The notes under the pieces: generated by a model | What the model was told of the DNA's origin: nothing | What the model saw: only the letters and a program-made list of their open reading frames with translations | Databases searched by the model: none | Shown: in pieces, positions 50,775 to 61,460 of the stretch | How the letters are laid out: every line of letters starts with the position of its first letter | Position numbering within the stretch: position 1 is the first letter of the stretch | Translations under genes and position numbers: made by a program | NCBI RefSeq assembly: GCF_020745735.1 | Contig: NC_083419.1 | Span: forward strand, 61,724,135-61,788,134 | DNA: 64,000 bases | Source of the DNA: Hemiscyllium ocellatum | Taxonomy: Eukaryota | Direction of reading: 5' to 3'

Positions 50775-51714
50775 TGTGATAAATTCCAGACTAGTCAGGA
50801 CTGTACCTTTAAAAGAGTTACAGGTCATTGTGACCTGTTAACATGACACCTAAATCACACACGGTCATTTTCCCTCTATTATGCAGTCAGTCTTATGTGG
50901 CTAGTTTAGTCTTGTAAATAAGCTTCAAGATATCCAACTGAACAGAACCCAATCATTTGTGATATACACTACATGGGATAACATATAATGAAGCACAAAG
51001 CACAGCAGTGAATATACTTCTAAGGGCATCATTAATTGAAATAGCATTTTGAGGCATCCTGAGATTGCAAAAAGCACAAACACATGTCTCATGAGGGATG
51101 TGACAATACTGACCTTTAAGAGGTTTATTTTATCCTGGTATATTTTTTGGAGTGCTTTTAAGGTAGAGGTGTCAAGCAGTCTACCAAAGCCACTAGAATA
51201 AACAGCTTGTGAGTTTTTAAAATCAAGTTGAAACAATAGAAGCAGCCTGAAAGAGTGTGGCCCAGCTCCCACAGAATCAGGACTTTTTTAGTCTCATTTT
51301 CAGCAGTTGCTGTTGGGATCTTGAAGAAGTGGAAGCTATTTTTTTCTCTCTCTCAGTTTGCAAAAGCCGAGGGTTCACTTCCTGCTACTGGAGTTGCATG
51401 TTAGACAATCGAATTTGCCTGTTGCCAAGTGTGCATTTCCAGGATGTTGTTATATTCGGACAGTTAATTAGCAATAGGTACTGTGTCTACTAAATTGTTA
51501 AGTTTTCCAGTAGTATTAAGTTATTCCAAATCCTTCTTTCTTTTGTTATATCTTAACTACAGTGCATCAACAAAGGATGCTTAGCTTTAAGGTAGTTTGA
51601 CCAATCACACAGCATCTGGAATGCAACATCTTACATTTATCTTAAAAATAAGAAAACGTTAATCTGGACTATGTTCTTATGATATTTTGAGGGTGTTTAG
51701 TCCAGTCCACAACG
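50775..51714 (+). mobile_element. Probable solo LTR
   Basis: Starts tgt and ends ...gtccagtccacaac. Non-coding ~940 bp with LTR-like composition; no TSD found. A similar-looking end (...gggatcataaca) lies at ~39100-39645. Confidence 0.4.
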
Positions 51715-51889
51715 GGGAAGGAAATATTTAAAAGGATATTCAGGATCAACATCTTTACTTAAGCTCAGGGAGCAGTAAGAGAAGACACAGAGTTTAATCA
51801 TAATGGGCCAGCTGAGGGACTGCCTCTACACATGGAGGACACTCATCAGTGTAAGGGGGTTTTGCAATTGATGAGAAATATTCAGTTGG

Positions 51890-53436
51890 AGGACCTGATC
51901 AGGTCTACCTTAGAACTCAGTGGAAAGTTCGGGAAGTGATTGCTAGGCCCCTCGCTGAGATATTTGTATCATCGATGAGGTGCTGGAAGACTGCAGGTTG
52001 ACTAACATGGTGCCACTATTTAAGAAAGATGGTAAGGACAAGCCAGGGAACTATAGACCAGTGAGCCTGACCTCGGTGAAGTGCAAGTTGTTGGTGAGAA
52101 TCCTGAGGGGCAGAATCTACATGTATTTGGAAAGGCAAGGACTGATTAGGAATAGTCAACATGGCTTTGTGCGTGGGAAATCACGCCTCACAAACTTGAT
52201 TGAGTTTTTTGAGGAAGTAACAAAAAGGATTGATGAGGGCAGAGCAGTAGACGTGATCTATATGGACTTCAGTAAGGCGTTTGACAAAGATCCCCATGGG
52301 AGACTGATTAGTAAGGTTAGATCTCACGGAATACAGGGAGAACTAGCCATTTGGATACAGAACAGGCTCAAAGGGTAGAAACCAGAGGGTGGTAGTGAAT
52401 GGCTGTTTTCCAGACTGGAGGCCCATGACCAGTGGAGTGCCACGAGGATTGGTGCTGGGTCCACTACTTTTCGTTATTTATATAAATAATTTGGATGTGA
52501 GCATAGGAGGTATAGTTAGTCAGTTTGCAGGTGACACCTAAATTGGAGGTGTAGTGGACAGTGAAGGTGGTTACCTCAGCTTACAACGGGATCTTGATCA
52601 GATGGGCCAATGGGCTGAGGAATGACAGATGGAATTTAATTTAGACAAATGTGAGGTGCTGCATTTTGGGAAGGCAAATCTTAGCAGGACTTATATCCTT
52701 AATGGTAAGGTCCTAGGGAATGCTGCTGAACAAAGAGATCTTGGAGTGCAGATTCACAGCTCCTTTAAAGTATATTTGGAGGTAGATAGGATAGTGAAGA
52801 AGGCATTTGGTATGCTTTCCTTTATTGGTCAGAGTATTGAGTACAGGAGTTGGGAGGTCATGTTGCGGTTGTACAGGAGATTGGTTAGGCCACTTTTAGA
52901 AAATTGCGTGCAATTCTGGTCTCCTTCCTATCGTAAGGATGTTGTGCAACTTGAAAGGGTTCAGAAAAGATTTACAAGGATGTTGGAGGGTGGAGGATTT
53001 GAGCTACATGGAGAGGTTGAAAGGCTAGGGCTGTTTTCCCTGGAAGGTCGGAGGCTGAGGGGCGACCTTATAGAGGTTTATAAAATCATGAGAGGCATGG
53101 ATAGGATAAATAGACAAAGTCTTTTCCCTGGGGTGGGGGAGTCCAGAACTAGAAGGCATAGGTCTAGGGTGAGAGGGGAAAGATATGAGAGAGACCTAAG
53201 GGGCAACCTTTTCACGCAGAGGGTGGTCCATGTATGGAATGAGTTGCCAGATGAAGTGGTGGAGGCTTGTACAATTGCAACATTTAAAAGGCATCTGGAT
53301 GGGTACATGAATAGGAAGGGTTTGGAGGGATAAGGGCTGGGTGCTGTCAGGTGGGATCAGATTGGGTTGGAATATCTGGTCGACATGGATGAGTTGGACT
53401 GAAAGGTCTGTTTCTGTGCTGTACATCTCTATAACT
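51890..53436 (+). mobile_element. CR1 (HER1-like) LINE, 5'-truncated ~1.55 kb
   Basis: 132-aa and 234-aa ORFs containing PGNYRPVSLTS, DFSKAFDK and LRGDLIEVYKIM. Same subfamily as 7929-9728. Confidence 0.97.
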
Positions 53437-54839
53437 GGCCAAGAGATAGATACAAAAACACCTTTGTGTGCTGCTGCACATATTAGGCTCATCGGAAACA
53501 TGCTTCCTTTCCTCTTTAGATATACATTTGCCCACTCAAGCAGCAGCATTAGACAGTTTACAGCATATTGCAATACAGTACTATCAGTTTCCTGGGATTT
53601 TCTTCACACATGAAGAGATGCTGGCACTGTGGTAATGACACTGGACTTGGAATCCAGAAGCTCAGTCTAATGATAGAAGGCACAGGTTCATATCCCACTA
53701 TAATAACTAGTGAAAGTTTAAAATCAATTATAAGATGTGACTGAGATTGTGGTCAACCCTTAAATGCCCCCAAACATCAACTACTAATACTTAGTATGGT
53801 AGTTAGTTCAAGGGATAAATTGGAGATTTTTCCCTGAAGACAAGTTAGGCAAATCATTCAAATTCAATTAAATCCTCACAAAGTTGGTCACTTCAGTCCA
53901 AACATGGATGACAGGGCCTTTCTCATACAAAAGTACAGCAGACAGTCTCCATCTTTCCATTATCTCTCTCTCTCTCTCTCATAATTACACTCCTCCACCA
54001 ACATCCTTGTGGATTGACTGTTTCTGAGAGGTTCCAGGATCTTTTAGGAAAAACCTAAAAACTGATTCTACAACGGCTTCTAAGGGAACTTGTCCTTTGC
54101 CAAAGCTCACCTCCGCAGCAACATGACTCATGTGGGATTTGTATCCAAGAAAAGATATTAATTAGGTGTTCTTGAAACCAACAACCCCATTTTAAAGTTT
54201 ACAAAAGTTAATACTGCAAACATCTCTCCATAATTGAGAGAGTAACAGACCACCCATTGTCAGCAGAGCTCAGCTCAATGTTTATAAATGCGACTAGTAT
54301 CTTCTTCCCTGCAAAAACAATCTGGGTCCTGTTTAAATATCAACAACCACACCATCCAAGATTATGGTCAGCAGAGTTCAGAGGTCAAAGGCCATAAGGC
54401 TTAGGAGCAGCAGCAACCATTCAAGCTCACTGAATCTTCTTCACCATTCACTGAGATCACAACTGCTCTGATAATGTTCAATTCTATTTTCCTGCTTTTT
54501 CCAATCACTGCCTCCATTCTCTATTTGACCTGAAATTTAAAAATAGTCCCAAGACATAATCTTATATACTTTATAATGATGATATTTTGATCTCCCCAAT
54601 ATGGGTTCAGAGGAAATTTCAGCTCATGCCAGCTTGTGGGGTGTGCTGGCGAGGCAGAGTTGGTGTTTCCAGCACAGAGTTTGGAACTGACATGTTTCAG
54701 ATGATGTTGCTGACACAGCATGTAGTTGAGAAATTGGAGGGGCCAAAGATAAATCCTTTGGGAACATAGAGAATGGTGCTTCCTGTACACCTCTCCTACC
54801 ATCTGCCTCCACCATCAGCAGCCCATTCTATCATTATAC

Positions 54840-55325
54840 AGGAGAGGGTTCAGAAAAAATTTACCATGTGTTGCTGCCTGGAATACAGGGTTTAAGATTT
54901 ATAAATAGACTGAATAGGCTGCGACTTCTTTCACTGGAGCGTAAGAGGTTGAGGGGTGACATTAAATGTTTCTAAAATAATGAGGGGCATAAATAAGGTG
55001 AATGACAAGGGACTTTATCCCTAGGGTTGGGGAGTTCAAAAATAGGCAGCATATTTTTAAGGTGAGAGGAGAAAGATTTAAAAAGGTCATGAGAGGCAAC
55101 ATTTTTCCCCCACATAGTAGGGTTCATGAGCAGAATGAACTGTCGGAAAAACTGGTGGATGCAGGTACAGCTATAGCTATAACACTTAAAGGTTCATAAA
55201 TAGGAAATATTTGGAAAGATAAAGGCCAAGCACAGGTAGCTGGGATTAGTTGTTTGCATTTATATTCAGCGTGGACTTATTGGACTGAAGGGTCTAATTC
55301 CATGCTGTATAACTCTTTGACTCAA
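54840..55325 (+). mobile_element. CR1 3' fragment
   Basis: gagagggttcagaaaaaattta...gaggttgaggggtgac...ggactgaagggtctaattccatgctgtataactct. Confidence 0.85.
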
Positions 55326-55517
55326 TCACCTCTGTGGCCTTTTGCACGTTGTCAAGCAACACAGCCAATATCTACTCCCCAACCTTTTCAAAGGGGTGAG
55401 GGGCATTGCAAAATGAGAAAGGGGCAGATAGCAATGAGAAAAGGCAAAAGCTACTTACAGAAAAGGAATGTAAGGAGTCTTTGAAGCTGTTAATGTCTCC
55501 TTTCCTCTTTCTCTCTC

Positions 55518-56632
55518 TTAGAGTCAGAGTCCTACAGCATGGAGACAGGCCCTTTAACCAAACTGGTCCATGCTGATCAAGATGTTGGTCCACGCTAACC
55601 CCATTTCCCTGCGCTTGGCCCATATCCTTCTAAACCTTTCCTATCCATCTATTTATCCAAATGCCTTTTAAATGTTGTTAATACACCTGCCTCCACAATT
55701 TCTGCTGGCAGCACATTCCATATGCATACCACCCTCTGTATAAAAATGTTGCCCCTCAGGTTCCCTTTTAATCTTTCCCCACTCACCTTATACTGATGCC
55801 CTCTAATCCTCGATTCCCCAACACCGGGAAAAAGACCGAGTGCATTCACCCTGTCCATGCCTCTCATGCACTGCTGCCTCAGCACCAGGAACACGGGTTC
55901 GATTCCAACCTCAGGTGGAAGTCGTGTGCAGTTTGCACATTTTTCCCCTGTCTGCATGGATTCCTTCCAGGTGCTCCAGTTTCCTTTCACACTCCAAACG
56001 ATGTGCAGGTCAGGGTGAATTGGCCATGCTCGAATGCCCATAGTGTTAAGGGATGTGTGGGGTCAGGGTGAATTGGCCATGCTAGATTGCCCATAGTGTT
56101 AAGGGATGTGTAGGTTAGGTGCATTAGTTAGGGTAAATGTAGAGTTGTAGCGGAACGGGTCACCCTTCAGAGGGTTGGTGTGGACTTGTTGGGCCGACGG
56201 CCTGTTTTCACACAGTAGGGATTCTATGTAAAAAAAGATCTTATACACTTCTATAAAGATCCCCTCCCTGTCTCCTTTGCACTAAAGAAACAGTCCTACT
56301 TTGTCCAACCTAACCCTATAACTCAGACCGTTGAGTCCTGGTAGCATCCGTGTAAATTTCTACTGCACTCTTTCCAGTTTAATAACATCCTTCCTATAGC
56401 AAGGTGACCACAACTGAACAGAAGTTCCAAATGTGGCCTCACCAATGTCATGTACAACTGCAACATAGCTTCCCAACTTCTATACTCAGTGTCCTGACTG
56501 ATATAGGCCAGTGTGCCAAAAACCTTGTCACTGCCCTGTCTACCTGTGACTCCACTTTCAGAAAACCATGCACCTGAACTCCAAGATCCCTCTGCTCCAC
56601 CACACTCCTTAAGGCCCTACCATTCACTATGA
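55518..56632 (-). mobile_element. CR1 3' fragment with nested plus-strand HE1 SINE (~55868-56230)
   Basis: The minus ORFs give EQRDLGVQVHG and LRGNIFIQRVVCIWN. The SINE has an extra copy of its ~54-bp internal unit. Confidence 0.9.
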
Positions 56633-56876
56633 TGAACCTTGAAACTTGCACTCAAAATCAAAAATCATGCCGCAGTAATATTCCTTTGAAATAATCGGGA
56701 GCAGACATTTCAGACATGGGGGCAGATAATAAACACAAGACGGTTCATAGTAAAAGAAAAGACTGCAGAGAAAAAAAAACTTCTTGCATCTAACTGCTAC
56801 ATCATGCTCCAAAACTTTTGTAATTTACATTCTTGTCTCATCAGCACCTGGTCACTTCCATCACTAGGAGCAGAGG

Positions 56877-57012
56877 TGATTTGGAGATGCCGGTGTTGGA
56901 CTGGGGTGTACAAAGTTAAAAATCATATAACACCAGGTTATAGTCCAACAGGTTTAATTGGAAGCACACTAGCTTTAGGATTGGACTATAACCTGGTGTT
57001 GTGTAATTTTTA
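56877..57012. mobile_element. Fold-back mini-element (separate family) with perfect 14-bp TSD
   Basis: actaggagcagagg at 56863-56876 and 57013-57026. agttaaaaatcatataacaccaggttatagtccaa pairs with ttggactataacctggtgttgtgtaatttttaact. Confidence 0.88.
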
Positions 57013-58109
57013 ACTAGGAGCAGAGGGAGGGATAGAGTTTTTAAACAGAGAATCTTGGTACATTCTGAATGGCCAGTGATAGGAAACAAGCGCTCCATGA
57101 CCACCACAACTGTCCCTCCACTGCTCTAATCAATGGTGACTTGGTTTAGGTTAGGCTTGGCGTAAGCGTAGAAATGCATAAGATGCAATGATAAAAGGAA
57201 GGCAACAGGCTGTTGGGATTGTAACAGGTCTGAACCAGTCCAGATGTTCCAATTCCACCTTCATCTTCCAACAGAGCTGTCGGCCTCACCAAGAGATGTG
57301 TAGAAAAGCTTATGGGGCCAAATCTGACAGCAAACACATTTTACTAAGACTACAGTAATGAATTTATTTGATTGTTGCCTTGGTGCGGGAGGGGGGTGGG
57401 TGGAGAAATCCAACAGCATACATCAAAATACTTGGAGCAATAATGCATTTGATGATTATTTTCATGGACATAATGAACAGAAGTATGAGGAAAAGGCAAG
57501 AGATTGGCACTAGGTATAGAACCAGTGCAGGCATGATGGGCCAAATGGACACCTCTACGGTGTAATGACATGGATGTTCATAGTCATATCTGATCCAGAT
57601 TAGAACCAGCAGTCCTCAGATGTGTCAGCCAAGACAAACAGGAACCGGAGTTGGTTTCCATAGAAAATTGTAATGTTGACCCTTCCCCCAACAAAACCCA
57701 GTTTATTTGGTGAAGGACAGAAGTTTGATGCTGGACCTTTTCTCGCCAGGTTGCTAAAGAATTGCAATCAGTAGCCCCCGAATCTTCCACTTTATTTGCA
57801 TCCATAGTGTGGATGCAAGAAATTTATGCAGCTTTCCAAGAACCTAGGATATTACAGGAGCAAGCCCTTCGGCACCAAGATTTCCACTGACCCCTGATGC
57901 CTTTCTAAACTTTCTAAACTAAAGCCTTTTGCCGCTACTCTGTCCATATCCCTCTATTTTCCTACGGATTGACACATCTGTCAAGGTCCTCTTCAACATT
58001 GCTCTCGCATCTCTATCCCTCCCTCTGCTCACAGTGATGGAAGTGACCAGATGCTAATGAGGCAAGTACGTAAAGTATAAAAGTTTGAAGCTTGATGTAG
58101 TAACTAGAG

Positions 58110-58660
58110 GCAACAAGTTTTGGTTTCCTTACTTGAAAAAGGATAGGACTGGCATTAGTGGGAGTGCAGAGGAGATTCAATAGGTTGATTTTGGAGTTGA
58201 GGGGGTTGGTTTATGTGGAGGGACTGAGCAGACTGGGATTATATTCATTGGAATTTAGAAGAATGGGGGTGGGGGGGGATCATATAGAAACATGTCAAAT
58301 TATGAACAGAACAGATAAGATAGAAGTAGAAAGGATGTTCCCACTGGCGGGCAAAATTAGGACAAGAGGGCATAGCCTCAAGATTAGGGAGAACAGATTT
58401 AAGACTGAATTGAGAAGGAACATCTTCACTTAGAGGGTTGTGAATTTGTAGAATTCCCTGCTCAGTGATATAGTTGAGGTTTCCTCATTGAATGTTTTTA
58501 AAGCTAATATAGTAATTTTTTGAACAGTAACGGAATTAAGAATTATGGTGATAGGACGGGTAGGTGGAGCTGAGGCCATGAAAAAATCAGCCATGATCTT
58601 ATTGAATGGCAGAGCAGGCTCGAAGGACCAGATGGCCTACTCCTGCTCCTAGTTCTTAGA
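58110..58660 (+). mobile_element. CR1 3' fragment
   Basis: ORF GVQRRFNRLI...LGLYSLEFRRM...RTRGHSLKIR...FKTELRRNIFT. Confidence 0.88.
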
Positions 58661-60267
58661 TCTACTTCCACCACCTACTCCAACAGCACATTCCAAGCAC
58701 TTACCACTCTCTGTAAAAATTCTACCTCTTATCTTCTTTAAAAGTTTCCCCCTTCTACCTGTGCCCCCTAATAATTGACATTTTTACCTGGGAAAAACAC
58801 TCAGGCGACCCATTCCATTACTGAGACTAACTTTCAGTCCCTAGTTTACTAACTGGATTTAAATTCCACACATTTCAGGTGGTGGGATTTGAACCCATGT
58901 GCCCACAGCCTTCGTTTGGGTCTGTGAATAATGAATGCAGTGATAATACCATTAGGCCACCAGCTTATAATATTAGGTATCAGTATGCAATCCTTGTTCT
59001 AGTAGTTCTTATTCTGCTATGGAAGGATATTAATCCTTCATTTAATATAAAAATGTATTTTCAGATCAGACAATGATTTTGAAACAATACGGAAACAAGA
59101 GCACAGTAAGAAACTGTTCTGCAACACTGCAGCAAATTATTCAAGTATTCTTTAACTGCACCACATTACTAAGAGGCATTTGAACATCATACAACAGAAT
59201 TCAACATAACTCAAGGTGATAAAGTGTCTCAATGAATTCTTATTTCTATTAAATTAATGCCTTCTGGACAAGAAAGATGAAACATAGAGAAAGGAAATAT
59301 TTCTAGAATTGCCACAATCACACAATAATATATTTTTAAAAATATCACTGATCGTCCAACCTTTAATGCAAAGTGGCCTAGCTGGACAAGGTTTAAGAGT
59401 ATTGCTGTGGAATGGTTACCTAGCAACAAATAACTGACAGCATGAGACTAAAGTCCAGAGCTTGAAGAGGAGAAAAAGAGAAGAGACAAAATAGTCCCAT
59501 GTATAATTAACCTAGACAAGAGGGTTATTTTTTCAAGAATACCTTAATAAAGCAGCAAGCATTTGTCAGCTCAATACTTGCCTTTACCTCCCACTTGGAA
59601 CCAGTTTCTTGTTACATAAGTCCATCAACTTGACAAGAAACAGTCGCCCTGCAACAGGAACTGGCTGATTAGAGAAAGGCCCAGTGCCAAAATATTATTC
59701 ACAAGGAAAAGCAGAGTCTGAAAGAACATTGTGGAAAACATTTTCAGTTGTACTTTGTATCCAGAAGTTCAATATTTGTATGTATTTTTAATTAAAGCTA
59801 TGAACTGTGCATAATGCTATGGCAATTTTTTTTTCCCAAGAAGCAAATTGCATGAAGAGACCAAGATGAAAATAAAAGAATGTTAGATTTGGACTTTCAC
59901 CACAGATTTGTAAGACTGCACTGCAAGGATCTGCAACTTGGCAGTAACCATCTATGGCACACATCACCCATAATGCTAACAAAATACAGTGACAATAAAG
60001 TCTAAGGTAACTCACAGCAACATGCCTTCCAGACACCACAAATACACTCAGTTTCAACATAATTCAACAGCACAGACCATCAAACTGTGAAAGCCCAACT
60101 GGTTCCTATAGGAAAATGAGTCTGGTCTAATCAAAACTCCAGTCCTTCACCAACTTATTTTACTCCATTGTACCAAAGGGGCAGTAAATGCCAGCCTGCC
60201 CAGCAATACCCACATCCTGAAAATAAACAATAGGTGCCAGGCCTGATGACAAGTGAACTGTGGCTTA

Positions 60268-61460
60268 AACAAAACAGAAATTGCTGGAGAATCTCAGCAG
60301 GTCTGCCGTATCTGTGGAGAGAAAAGAGAGTTAATGTTTCAAGTCCAGTGACCCTTCATCAGGATTAGAAGCAGCTATTGTTTATAGTAGGTCCAGAGAA
60401 GAGGAGAAACTAGATAGATGACCGGCAGGCCGGGGGAGGGGGGGGGGGGGGGGGGTTTGGGTGGGATGGGGAGAACTATGAATAATTGAAAATGGATTGG
60501 TCGATACTAAAAGCAACCCATTTCATGACTGGACCTGGGCAGGTGAGTTAAGCAATAGACATGCTCTAAAATGTTAAAGTCGATGTTGAGCCCTGATAGT
60601 TGGAAAGTTTACCTTACTATCCCAGCAGCCTCCACATCCAAAGGATCATTAGCTGCCATTTTCCACCACCTCCAGCAGGATGCCACCACCATATATATTC
60701 CTCTCCCCTCCCTTGTCAGCACTACGCAGAGACCGTTCCCTCCAGGACACACTGGTCCACTCCAAACATCTCCCTACACACCATGACATCTTCACAAACA
60801 TTCACTTCCTGTTTATTTCCTCCTTCCTCACTACCCAAGGACCCAGACACACCTTCTAGGTGAAGCAGCGATTTACTTGCACTTCACTCACTCTAGTCCA
60901 TTATATCTGATGCTCACAAAGTGGCCCCTTCACATTGGGGAAATGGAATGCAGAATACCTACGCATGGCAGGCATTCCACCTGGACACCTTACACCTTAC
61001 AGCCTTCAGGGCTCAACAAGTCGAGTTTAGGAATTTTACAGCAAGAACACCCCTTTTTTTCTTATTACCTCCCCTAACTATGCCAGGTTCTGTCATGAAA
61101 TGGCTTGCTTTTCAATGCAGCCAACCTGTTTTGAAGTTTAGTACTCAAAGTCTCCATTATTACTCATCTAGCTTCTCTTCTTCCCTAGCTTAGTATCAAT
61201 CCCTTTGTCTGCCTATGCCTTTATTTTTAATCTTGCTCTCACTCTCTCTCTCTCTCCCGGGTCCTGTCTACCTATCTGTTCACTCCTGACCCCTTCCCCC
61301 CACTATCAGTTAAATACCACTTTGTCCAGGCTGCTCCTAGTTCTAAAGAACCGGACTCAAAATTTTAACTCTGTTTGCTCTCCACAGATACTGCCAGGCC
61401 TACTGAGTTTCACCAGCAATTTCTGTTATTGCTCGTTTCCATTCTCCAGCATCCTTTGTT
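60268..61460 (+). mobile_element. Degraded Neptune-type PLE with inverted upstream terminal repeat
   Basis: 60268-60366 is an inverted terminal repeat (minus-strand ctgatgaagggtcactggacttgaaacatt). The body has tgctcacaaagtggccccttcacattggggaa (CSQSGPLHIGE, a YIG remnant). A direct terminal repeat lies at ~61335-61460. Confidence 0.7.

Noticed and set aside
60431-60472. Poly-G / G-quadruplex-like run
   Set aside because: It lies in the purine-rich spacer of a degraded PLE terminal repeat, and homopolymer length is error-prone. No evidence of function.
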